From a virus: DNA of 64,000 nucleotides. The stretch lies in the IMG/VR virus record IMGVR_UViG_3300045988_167643. One strand, 5' to 3'. The position numbers and the translations under genes are program-made. Under the pieces are notes generated by a model. It worked only from the letters and a program-made list of their open reading frames with translations. It ran no database searches and had not been told where the DNA came from. Numbering within the stretch: the stretch's first letter is position 1; each line of letters begins with the position of its first letter. Shown one piece after another: positions 55,583 through 63,646 of this stretch.

Positions 55583-55751
55583 CGTTTTTAGGAAACGTTT
55601 TTAGGAAAATCCGCAAACCATTGATTTTACTGGGTTTGCGAGTACTTTATTTTTCCTAAAAACGAAATGCTAAAAATGAAAATAACCCTAAAAATGCGTT
55701 TTTAGGAAAAAATCATTCGTTTTTAGCAAAAAAATAGCCGTTTTTATGAAA
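55583..55751. repeat. array of 13-bp CGTTTTTAGGAAA motifs (putative transposase-binding sites)
   Basis: Forward copies lie at 55583, 55596, 55697, 55718 and 55739, the last three phased at exactly 21 bp. Reverse copies lie at 55652-64, 55668-77 and 55686-96. An 8-bp-stem hairpin lies at 55612-55640. Confidence 0.75.
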
Positions 55752-55779
55752 AACCATTTCAAAAATAGGGGGTAAAATA

Positions 55780-56139
55780 ATGCGGAATAAAAATTCAAAA
55801 GTAGCTGCAACAAAATTATATTTATGCAAATGTGATGGCGTATGCATAACCTACAGCAAGATTCAATATGCCTATGCAATGAAACTAGAAAAAGATCAAA
55901 GCATAATCAGTATACGAGTAAATGTAGATCTTGATGGATATAAGGATAGTAAGTATCCAGAAAGAACTTACACATCAGACTTTGTATGCGTAAAAGATAC
56001 AGGTGACCTAATGGTCCGAGAATGTATAGAAAGAAAATTATTGCAAAAACCAATGACAATTAGATTACTAGACGGTTCCAGAGATTACTGGAAGACGCAT
56101 GGTGTGTCAGATTGGGGGATTGTTATTGATGAAGAATAA
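55780..56139 (+). CDS. tnsA: short TnsA-like endonuclease-fold protein (N-terminal catalytic domain only)
   Basis: YSKIQYAYAMKLEKD..., TYTSDFVCV, MVRECIERK and RDYWKTHGVSDWGIVIDEE align by eye to the TnsA_N pattern (S.lE..., YTPDF, vEVK, YW..G..w.ivtE). Confidence 0.55.
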   Translation: MRNKNSKVAATKLYLCKCDGVCITYSKIQYAYAMKLEKDQSIISIRVNVDLDGYKDSKYPERTYTSDFVCVKDTGDLMVRECIERKLLQKPMTIRLLDGSRDYWKTHGVSDWGIVIDEE

Positions 56140-57952
56140 ATTGTATAAATACAAAGATACAATAGTAAGAGTCTTAAACGAATCTGGTCAATCAGTTTTT
56201 ATTATTGATTGTTTAAAACCAAAAATGCCATATACAGTGCATAAAATGGATTTTAAGGACGCTATTTTGTGTGATGAGGATTTACTCATGCAAGAGACAA
56301 ATGAGCCTGTATTCGACATATTAGAAGCTTCGGAGCATAATAAAAAGATAGCATACGATCGGTACAACATGATTGCTCCATTACTTTCCTTTATGGACGA
56401 TAAATATAAACGAACATTATTGTTTAATCAAGTATGTCAGGAAAGAAATATAAGCAAACAGTCTCTTAGAAATTACTTTTACAAGTATCTTATTTACCAA
56501 AATATTTGTGTACTTGCACCTAAGAGTAACATTACAGAAAAATCACTTACACAAGATGAAAAAAATATGAGATGGGCTTTAAATAAATATTTTTATAGTA
56601 CAAACAGATATAGTTTAAAGTCTTCTTACTTATTTATGCTGAAAGAAAAATATTGCGATATAAATGGCAAGCTACAATCAAATATTCCATCTTTTTATCA
56701 GTTCCGCTATTTCTATAGGAAAACAAAAAATATGCAAACTTTTTACATCACAAGGGATGGTTTGAGTAATTATCAAAGAAATAAAAGACCATTATTGGGG
56801 GATGGAATACAAGAATTTGCACCTGCAGTTGGAACAGGATTACTTGATGCAACGGTATGTGATATATACCTTATAGATGAAACAAACAGCTTAGTTGGAA
56901 GACCTATATTAACAGTTTGTATAGACGCATATAGCAGTTTTTGTTATGGCTATGCATTAACTTGGGAAGGTGGTATTTATAGTTTAAAAGTACTTATGCA
57001 AAATATGGTATCTAATAAAAAGAAACATTGTGAAGAACTTGGTATATTCATAAATGAGAATCAGTGGAGCATATCTGAAATTCCTGGAACGTTTGTAACT
57101 GATATGGGAAAAGAATATGTATCTGAGAATTTTGAACAAATAACTGAGCTTGGAGTTACACTAAAAAACTTGCCACCATACCGTCCTGAGTTAAAAGGTG
57201 TTGTAGAAAAATTTTTTAATATAATTCAAGAAACATACAAACCTTATTTAAAAAATAAAGGTATAGTGGAACCTGATTTTCTTGAAAGAGGCGTACATGA
57301 TTATAGAAAAGATGCATGTTTGACAATAGAAGACTTTGAAAAAATCATAGTGCGATGTATTGTGTATTATAACTCGCAACGTATTTTAAAGAACTTCCCT
57401 TATACAGAAGACATGATAGAAAACGATATTAAGCCATATGCAAATAATATTTTTGAGTACAGCAAATTATCTCCAGGAGCTAACTTAATACCGGTAACAT
57501 TGAAACAAATTATGCTTACATTACTTCCAAGGACCACTGGCGTATTTAGCAGATTTGGACTTAAAGTGAATAAAATGAGGTACAAAAATGAGAATTATGT
57601 TGAAAAATATTTGGTTGGTGGGGAAGTAACGGTTGCTTATAATCCAGATAATGTAAGTTATGTATGGCTTATAGAAAATGGATGTTATATACAGTTTAAA
57701 TTGATTGAAAGTAGGTATAATGGAAAAGAGTTAACTGATGTAGAATTGATCGAAAAAGAACATCGAAAACTCGTAAATAATCATTGTAATAGTAACACTC
57801 AGGCACAAATTGATTTGGCAAATTCTTTAGAAGAGATAGTGGCTAATGTACAGAAACCTCAAAAATTAAATATGAAATGTGTTACATCTGTTAAAAATAG
57901 AGCTAAAAGAAAATGTCATATTGATTTCATGGAGGATATCTTAAATGGATGA
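56129..57952 (+). CDS. tnsB: TnsB/TniA-type DDE transposase (rve/Mu-like)
   Basis: DDE triad contexts LLDATVCDIYLID, FVTDMGKEY and PELKGVVEKFF. An HTH-like N-terminal region is present. ATG 56129 or 56099 could be the start. Confidence 0.85.
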   Translation: MKNKLYKYKDTIVRVLNESGQSVFIIDCLKPKMPYTVHKMDFKDAILCDEDLLMQETNEPVFDILEASEHNKKIAYDRYNMIAPLLSFMDDKYKRTLLFNQVCQERNISKQSLRNYFYKYLIYQNICVLAPKSNITEKSLTQDEKNMRWALNKYFYSTNRYSLKSSYLFMLKEKYCDINGKLQSNIPSFYQFRYFYRKTKNMQTFYITRDGLSNYQRNKRPLLGDGIQEFAPAVGTGLLDATVCDIYLIDETNSLVGRPILTVCIDAYSSFCYGYALTWEGGIYSLKVLMQNMVSNKKKHCEELGIFINENQWSISEIPGTFVTDMGKEYVSENFEQITELGVTLKNLPPYRPELKGVVEKFFNIIQETYKPYLKNKGIVEPDFLERGVHDYRKDACLTIEDFEKIIVRCIVYYNSQRILKNFPYTEDMIENDIKPYANNIFEYSKLSPGANLIPVTLKQIMLTLLPRTTGVFSRFGLKVNKMRYKNENYVEKYLVGGEVTVAYNPDNVSYVWLIENGCYIQFKLIESRYNGKELTDVELIEKEHRKLVNNHCNSNTQAQIDLANSLEEIVANVQKPQKLNMKCVTSVKNRAKRKCHIDFMEDILNG

Positions 57953-59180
57953 TTATACAAAAATATTACCTAAAATGTTATCAGGAGATGGACTTGTAAA
58001 AGCATTGTCTGTTGTTCCAAAATATGATGAAAATAGTAAAAATATGGATATTGGAGAAAGGCTGATTGCCCTATCAAATCTATATGATATTTATATTCCA
58101 TCTAAAATGTCCATAGAGATTTATAACAAATTATATTTGTCTTTATATCACTCACTAAAAAAGAAGAGTTCAAAATTGGCATCACAGCAAAGATACGAAA
58201 ATTACAAAAGATTTTTAACAGGAAACTCTAATAGTATAATTGGCGGATCTGATTCATTTACAATAATAGGGAGTTCAGGTATTGGTAAAAGTACAGCCGT
58301 TAACAGGGCAGTAGATGTTATTGTTGAAAATTGTAAATTTGATTGCAATTTATTCTCAGATATAATTCCATTTGTAACTGTACAATGCCCATTTGATTCA
58401 TCTGTAAAAGGTCTTGCGATCGAAATTTTGATGAAGATAAACAGTATGCTTAAAACACAATATTTAAATGGGAAAATTATTGATAAATGTACCACAGATG
58501 CCCTCATAAGCCAAATAAGTACAATAGCAATGAATAATATAGGTGTTCTTATCATTGATGAGATACAAAATGTTGCAAACTCAAAAAACGGTAAAAATAT
58601 AATAGGATTTCTTACACAGCTTATCAACAATAGTGGAATAAGTATTTGCATGGTTGGGACTCCGGAAAGCGTGTTATTTTTTGAAGGCGCAGAGCATCTT
58701 GCCAGAAGAACTATGGGGCTTAAATATACAACACTTTCTTATGATGAGTACTTTAAAAACATATGTAATATATTATTTAGATATCAATATACTATAAAAA
58801 ATGCAACAATAAATGAAGAGTTTTATAAATGGATATATGACCATTCCTGCGGTAACATTTCAATTGTAATATCATTATTACACGATGCTCAGGAAATTGC
58901 TATAATGTCAGGAGTTAGTAAGATTAATATTAATATATTGAATGAAGCATACCAAAATAGGATTGAAATGTATCACAAATTTATACAACCAAGCATTAAC
59001 AAAGTCGATAAAAAGAAAAATAAACACATAGTATCTGATAGAACAAATAATATCACACAAGATTGCGTAATAAAAGAGTTTAATAACATTGAAACGATAT
59101 TGAAAATATCTAAGGAAAAAAATATTGATTTTATAAAACTGCTCAAACAATCAATTATAGTGGAGGAAATAAAAATATGA
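57945..59180 (+). CDS. tnsC: TnsC/TniB-type AAA+ transposition regulator
   Basis: Walker A GSSGIGKST and Walker B VLIIDEIQN. Coupled to tnsB and tniQ. Confidence 0.8.
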   Translation: MDDYTKILPKMLSGDGLVKALSVVPKYDENSKNMDIGERLIALSNLYDIYIPSKMSIEIYNKLYLSLYHSLKKKSSKLASQQRYENYKRFLTGNSNSIIGGSDSFTIIGSSGIGKSTAVNRAVDVIVENCKFDCNLFSDIIPFVTVQCPFDSSVKGLAIEILMKINSMLKTQYLNGKIIDKCTTDALISQISTIAMNNIGVLIIDEIQNVANSKNGKNIIGFLTQLINNSGISICMVGTPESVLFFEGAEHLARRTMGLKYTTLSYDEYFKNICNILFRYQYTIKNATINEEFYKWIYDHSCGNISIVISLLHDAQEIAIMSGVSKININILNEAYQNRIEMYHKFIQPSINKVDKKKNKHIVSDRTNNITQDCVIKEFNNIETILKISKEKNIDFIKLLKQSIIVEEIKI

Positions 59181-59989
59181 CAAACAGACTTCCTAGCATC
59201 TATGATGACGAAACAGTTTACAGCTGGTTCTGTAGATATCTTATAAGTAGCGGTATATGGAGAGAGCATGAGATTGCAAAAGAACTATTTGTAAACAGTA
59301 CAAATGTTATTAGTAAATTATTTATTGGAAATATTAATAAAGATACCGAAAATAATATTGAGAAAGTTATATCAATAGAAAATCTGTTAAAACATCATAC
59401 AATGTTTTATGTTTATACAGGGTATTGTTCAAATGACTATGCTAATGAATTCCTTTATAATTTAAAAACGGACTGCTATAAAACAGAGCTTAATATAAGA
59501 AGACCACGTAGCGAAAATAGACAATTGAAATATTGTCCAATGTGTATTATTGAGGATCGTAAAAAATATGGAGAAGCATATTGGCATAATATACATCAAA
59601 TACGAATGTTACCGATATGTCCTATACACAAGTGCAAATTGCATAATAGTGAAATACGTTATATTGGTTATGGAAGAGTAAGAGAAAAATTATCTCCACT
59701 AGAAATGATGAATCTTAACTCTGATGTAGAATATAACACAAATGAAATGCTTGATAAAATAGTTGAATACGCAATTGACAGGTATTATAAACAAGACATA
59801 AAAGATATTGGTATTGATTATTTGTCGATTAGAAAAGAAAATTGGGGATTAAGAAGTAACATAATTAGTTTTTATAAAAAACATGGAATAAATTTTTGCG
59901 GTAAAGAAATAGACTCAATGGTATATGACAATAGAAAAAATTTTTATACAATGAGTGCCATATATTATTATTTAAAAATATGCCATTAA
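59177..59989 (+). CDS. tniQ: TniQ-family target-selection protein (short, 270 aa)
   Basis: N-terminal LPSIYDDETVYSWFCRY, and the zinc finger YCPMCIIED...HNIHQIRMLPICPIHKC is typical of TniQ/TnsD N-domains. Confidence 0.8.
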   Translation: MTNRLPSIYDDETVYSWFCRYLISSGIWREHEIAKELFVNSTNVISKLFIGNINKDTENNIEKVISIENLLKHHTMFYVYTGYCSNDYANEFLYNLKTDCYKTELNIRRPRSENRQLKYCPMCIIEDRKKYGEAYWHNIHQIRMLPICPIHKCKLHNSEIRYIGYGRVREKLSPLEMMNLNSDVEYNTNEMLDKIVEYAIDRYYKQDIKDIGIDYLSIRKENWGLRSNIISFYKKHGINFCGKEIDSMVYDNRKNFYTMSAIYYYLKICH

Positions 59990-60065
59990 TTTCAAAATTA
60001 TCTTGAAACTTTAGTTGTTATGGAGTAGTATAATTATAAAATTATCCAATAGGAGGAATTTTATT

Positions 60066-60353
60066 ATGGCAGCAAGAACAAGACGAACAAAAGAAGAAGT
60101 GCTTAATTCAAAACTTACAAAAATTGATGAAGAAATTAAAAAATTAACTGAGAAGATTAATGTATTATCAGAACAGAAGAAAAATATTGATAAAGAACTT
60201 GCTATTTTAAAAGACCAGAAATCTAAAGCCGAACGTGCAGCCCAGCTTACAGCTCTTGCAGATCTTATGGATTCCAACGGTTACACGATTGATGAACTGA
60301 AGGAGCTTATGTCCATGCCGAAACCAACGGTAGAAGTAGCTGATGAGGAATAG
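60066..60353 (+). CDS. small coiled-coil protein (DUF4315-like by recollection)
   Basis: AGGAGG RBS precedes ATG 60066. A heptad-rich helix is followed by the C-terminal GYTIDELKELM. Confidence 0.55.
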   Translation: MAARTRRTKEEVLNSKLTKIDEEIKKLTEKINVLSEQKKNIDKELAILKDQKSKAERAAQLTALADLMDSNGYTIDELKELMSMPKPTVEVADEE

Positions 60354-60432
60354 TAAACGAGGGATAATATAAACGTAGCGTTAGAAAAGTAGTAGAGTAG
60401 GGTAGTGGAATGATAGAATTGTAATACACTAT

Positions 60433-60487
60433 AAAAGCCTGGGCGAGTGCATGTATTGATTTGCATTGTTGCCTGGGCTTTTATTAT
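60433..60487 (+). terminator. intrinsic terminator
   Basis: AAAAGCCTGGGC (60433-44) pairs with GCCTGGGCTTTT (60471-82) using two G.U pairs, followed by TTTTATTAT. Confidence 0.55.
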
Positions 60488-60573
60488 GGTCATTAGACCA
60501 CATTGTACATGGAAATATACAGTAAAATATAGTAATATATTAGTAGAAAAGAACAGATTGGAGGGTTGACAAT

Positions 60574-60825
60574 ATGGACACATATACAGAACAAGACAGA
60601 TTAAATGATTTCAAATATTTTGTAAGTATATACCAAGATTTATATAATAAATATGGAGAATCCTTTATAGCGCTGAAAAATAAGAAAATTCTTGGAGCAT
60701 TTAAAACAGTAAATGAAGCAATACAAGCGCTCTCAGACAAATATAAGCTCGGAACATACATTATTCAAGAATGTAATGGTGATGAATCTGGATATACTGC
60801 ATCTATTATGACAATAAGGATATAA
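60574..60825 (+). CDS. small protein (DUF5678-like by recollection), upstream partner of the protease
   Basis: ORF track, with GGAGGG RBS. A 4-nt gap separates it from the next gene. Confidence 0.6.
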   Translation: MDTYTEQDRLNDFKYFVSIYQDLYNKYGESFIALKNKKILGAFKTVNEAIQALSDKYKLGTYIIQECNGDESGYTASIMTIRI

Positions 60826-60829
60826 TATT

Positions 60830-61315
60830 ATGGACTTATACTTGGCATTTACTTTAAAATCAAAAGATATATCAAAACGTTTAATTACAGATATATTTAT
60901 TAATTTGGATAAGGAAGATATTTACAAGAATAGAGCATGGCGAGGAGTATGGGATACTGGTGCTACAAGATCGGCAATAGATAAAAGAATAGTTGATGAA
61001 TTAAATTTGACATCAGTAGGTAAGGCTAGACTTAGTACAGCAAATGGTGAAAAAATCGTAAACACTTATCGCATATCTATGATATTGCCAAATGAAGTTA
61101 CAATCAGTAATGTACTTGTATCAGAAGTCGAGTTAGGTGAAGATTGTGATTTGTTGGTTGGAATGGATATTATATCAAAGGGGGATTTTTCAATAACAAA
61201 TAAATATGGTGAAACTGTATTTAGTTTTAGAACTCCCTCAATAAAAGAAATTGATTATGTTAAAGAATCAAAGAAAGAAATAGAACAATTTATAGCGCTG
61301 AATTACAATAAATAA
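60830..61315 (+). CDS. retropepsin-like (clan AA) aspartic protease
   Basis: The active-site motif VWDTGATRSAID (D-T-G-A) and later LLVGMDII (flap/dimer-type hydrophobic-G-x-D) are present. Confidence 0.7.
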   Translation: MDLYLAFTLKSKDISKRLITDIFINLDKEDIYKNRAWRGVWDTGATRSAIDKRIVDELNLTSVGKARLSTANGEKIVNTYRISMILPNEVTISNVLVSEVELGEDCDLLVGMDIISKGDFSITNKYGETVFSFRTPSIKEIDYVKESKKEIEQFIALNYNK

Positions 61316-61384
61316 TGCTAACTCTATGCTATAATATCCCTAAAGAGATCCACCACTAATTCACCACGCAAGGAGGTAACCATA

Positions 61385-61477
61385 ATGCCAACACAGATTG
61401 CTGCAACACCACAACAAGAGGTCGCAGCAACCACAGACTATCCAGTCACAGACCAGTCATCATCCGATCAGGATTAA
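61385..61477 (+). CDS. 30-aa peptide ORF
   Basis: AAGGAGG lies 8 nt upstream of ATG. Sequence is MPTQIAATPQQEVAATTDYPVTDQSSSDQD. Read by hand. Confidence 0.35.
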   Translation: MPTQIAATPQQEVAATTDYPVTDQSSSDQD

Positions 61478-61804
61478 CATACTTAATACATAACCACACA
61501 AAAGACAGTCAGGCTCACGCAGTTTGGCTTTTAACATTTCAATCTCACACAAAATCCACAAAATAGAGTTTACATATGCTTGAATTGGAAGCTTTTGGAT
61601 TAGAAGCTTTAAAGGTTATCAAAGGTTACATTGTATCATGCTAGGCTTAAGGATATATGGGGTCATATAAATGATCCAAGACTATATGTGCACTCTCTTT
61701 TATGGATTTTTTGAAATGTGTTTTAGACAAGAATTATAATACTATAAAGTCACACATATGTCTATTAGAATCGTTCGACATAAATCTACATACAGTTAGT
61801 AAAA

Positions 61805-61857
61805 ACAAAACGCGAAAAAATGGGGTAGTAAGCTGTATAATAACAACTTATTACCCC
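61805..61857 (-). terminator. intrinsic terminator of the minus-strand lysis cassette
   Basis: An 11-bp stem (61822-32 / 61847-57, one mismatch on the minus strand) is followed on the minus strand by ATTTTTTCGCGTTTTGT. Confidence 0.7.
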
Positions 61858-61867
61858 ATAGGTATAA

Positions 61868-62446
61868 TTACTGCTTAAAGCCTTTTTCCATCAGTTCAAG
61901 ATATTTATTACGAACAAATTGCATTGATGAATTAACCTTTCCATTTTCGAGACCATTTTCTTCTAACACACGTTCATATTCTGTGTATGTATCAAAAATA
62001 TGATCATAAATTTCTTTATTATATACTCTACCGTTCATAACAGCATTTGAAAAGTCTAAAATTTCCCAACGCATGTCATTAATCTCTTTGTTAACTAACA
62101 TTTTCCTTAAATTCTCAACTGAATTTTGCAGTAACGTCTGACTGTCGGTTAATTGTTTCTGTATATCAAATGATTGGTCTCTATCATGGATTCTATTATC
62201 CTTAAACTGTTGAATTTCTTTCTGTAAATCTATAATTTGATTATTCAAGTCTTTGATACGTTCCTCTTGTGCCTGTTTAGCTAAAGCAGATTTTGTAGTA
62301 ATTCCAAATGTAGAAACAACGAAGTCTTTAATTTTTACGCATAGCATTACAATACCTATTGCAATCAAAACTCCAATTACAACGGTCCACCAATCAAAAC
62401 TGCGTACAACTTCTACATTCTCTTTAATCCCACCAAACTTATCCAT
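61868..62446 (-). CDS. membrane-anchored coiled-coil protein, putative holin-like lysis factor
   Basis: N-terminal TM WWTVVIGVLIAIGIVMLCV. Sits immediately downstream of the endolysin gene on the same strand. Confidence 0.55.
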   Translation of the reverse strand: MDKFGGIKENVEVVRSFDWWTVVIGVLIAIGIVMLCVKIKDFVVSTFGITTKSALAKQAQEERIKDLNNQIIDLQKEIQQFKDNRIHDRDQSFDIQKQLTDSQTLLQNSVENLRKMLVNKEINDMRWEILDFSNAVMNGRVYNKEIYDHIFDTYTEYERVLEENGLENGKVNSSMQFVRNKYLELMEKGFKQ

Positions 62447-62493
62447 TTAAATCACCTTATCCTCACTCCCTTTATTCATTGTGTGCTGTACTA

Positions 62494-63513
62494 TCATTTA
62501 ACAAGATACCTACTGGAAACAAATCCAGGTGTATCTTTGTATGTAACAAGATACCACTTGACTCCATTGACGGTAGTGTAGTATCCATAATTTGCAACAG
62601 ATTTTCCATTAGGGATTGTAATGATAAGATTTGAATTGGATGTATCTCCTGGTTTATAACGAAGATTAAGACCATTAGATGCTTTAACCTTGTAAGTACC
62701 AGCAATTGATTTATTAAAGGACTGTGCAGAAGCAACTTTAGAAGATGATGCAATAGATGGCTTTGAACTTGGTTTTGGAGCCGATTCTGCTTTAATTTTA
62801 GCATTATATAAGGTTGTAAGTTTAGCTTTTGTAGCCTCACCATAAAGACCGTCTGCAACAAGCCCATTATCACGCTGAAACGCTTTTACAGATGCTAATG
62901 ATCCTGATCCAAAATCTCCATCAGCACCATATTTTCCACATGAATAACCAAGTTTAATAAGCATTGTCTGCATTGTTTTTACTGCATCACCTTTATCACC
63001 CATAGCAAGATAATTTTTTGTAGTTACAGGCGGATTACCATCAGCTGCTTCAGTATATCTGAGAACAACATTCCATGGATAATTTCTATAAGAGCGAATT
63101 AAGAATTCACGTCCAGTCTGGTCCCCAGGTTTACCTCCAGTAGCTCTACCATTTTCATTGATAGATGCTTCAACTTCAAGTCCATTACCACAATACATTG
63201 CGACATGATACTTTTCATTAAGTAAAATATCACCACGCTGCAATCCGGCTCCTGTTGCAAGATTTACTTTAGATGTTACGTCCTTAAATTCAAAATGTGT
63301 AAATACTGCTTTCATAACACCAGTATAAGCACAGCCATAAGTTTTAAATGAATAATCTTTTACAGGAATACCTGCATTAACCCACGCAGTGTAAACAGCA
63401 GAAGAGCAGTCATAATCGCCTTTTTCGTTCCAACGATAAGCCTGATCGTAACCATGACTATTATCACGAGCAGTTGCTTCCATCCAACGAGTAGCTTTTT
63501 CTGTTTTTGTCAT
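62494..63513 (-). CDS. endolysin: NlpC/P60-type cysteine peptidase + PG_binding_1 + SH3b
   Basis: Cys/His contexts DYDCSSAVY and YHVAMY. The PG-binding repeat is GDKGDAVKTMQTMLIKLGYSCGKYGADGDFGSGSLASVKAFQRDNGL. The C-terminal YKVKASNGLNLRYKPG...WYLVTY is SH3-like. Confidence 0.85.
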   Translation of the reverse strand: MTKTEKATRWMEATARDNSHGYDQAYRWNEKGDYDCSSAVYTAWVNAGIPVKDYSFKTYGCAYTGVMKAVFTHFEFKDVTSKVNLATGAGLQRGDILLNEKYHVAMYCGNGLEVEASINENGRATGGKPGDQTGREFLIRSYRNYPWNVVLRYTEAADGNPPVTTKNYLAMGDKGDAVKTMQTMLIKLGYSCGKYGADGDFGSGSLASVKAFQRDNGLVADGLYGEATKAKLTTLYNAKIKAESAPKPSSKPSIASSSKVASAQSFNKSIAGTYKVKASNGLNLRYKPGDTSNSNLIITIPNGKSVANYGYYTTVNGVKWYLVTYKDTPGFVSSRYLVK

Positions 63514-63605
63514 AAGATGTGACTCCTTTCTTAGAATTGAATTTAGAGTTAAATTTTAGAAGTGATCAATTACCATATATTTCCAGTGAAATATTTAATT
63601 AAAAT

Positions 63606-63614
63606 TGGTATAAT
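63606..63614 (+). promoter_or_regulatory. extended -10 promoter element TGgTATAAT
   Basis: Lies in the divergent intergenic region between the lysin start and the next + strand ORF. Confidence 0.4.
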
Positions 63615-63646
63615 TTAAAAAAAATAGAAAAGGATGGTAATAAAAA

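Larger units (their letters stand above)
55583..59989 (+). mobile_element. Tn7-like transposition module (proximal end repeats + tnsA-like, tnsB, tnsC, tniQ); distal end not defined
   Basis: Gene order and motifs are listed under the individual CDSs. The repeat array abuts the tnsA-like start. Confidence 0.7.

Noticed and set aside
55169-55879. Minus-strand ORFs 55169..55426 and 55688..55879
   Set aside because: The first spans the promoter/terminator RNA locus with no RBS. The second is a Phe/Leu/Lys-rich translation of the T/A-rich repeat array and overlaps the tnsA-like start.
60437-60478. Direct repeat GCCTGGGC ... GCCTGGGC as a repeat element
   Set aside because: In RNA the two copies pair with each other through two G.U wobbles and are followed by a T-run, so this is better explained as a terminator hairpin.
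55561-61784. TTCGACATA (55561-69 and 61776-84) as a 9-bp duplication flanking the element
   Set aside because: Nine bp is not the Tn7-family duplication length. The adjacent inside sequences are not inverted repeats. The motif also occurs in inverted form at 55167-85, so it looks like a repeated site rather than a duplication.
55100-61816. GCGAA (55100-04 and 61812-16) as a 5-bp target-site duplication bounding a 6.7-kb insert
   Set aside because: The sequences just inside these points share no terminal inverted repeat or TGT/ACA termini. A 5-mer match in AT-rich DNA is easily chance, and the right copy is part of the lysis terminator T-run.
55080-61867. CRISPR array or cas genes associated with the Tn7-like module
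   Set aside because: No regularly spaced 25-40-bp direct repeats are present. The only repeats are the 13-bp motif array and short 8-9-mers. No ORF has Cas-like motifs.
62472-62873. 133-aa minus-strand ORF overlapping the endolysin 3' half
   Set aside because: It is an alternative frame of the well-supported lysin gene (SH3 and PG-binding region), with Leu/Gln-rich low-complexity sequence.
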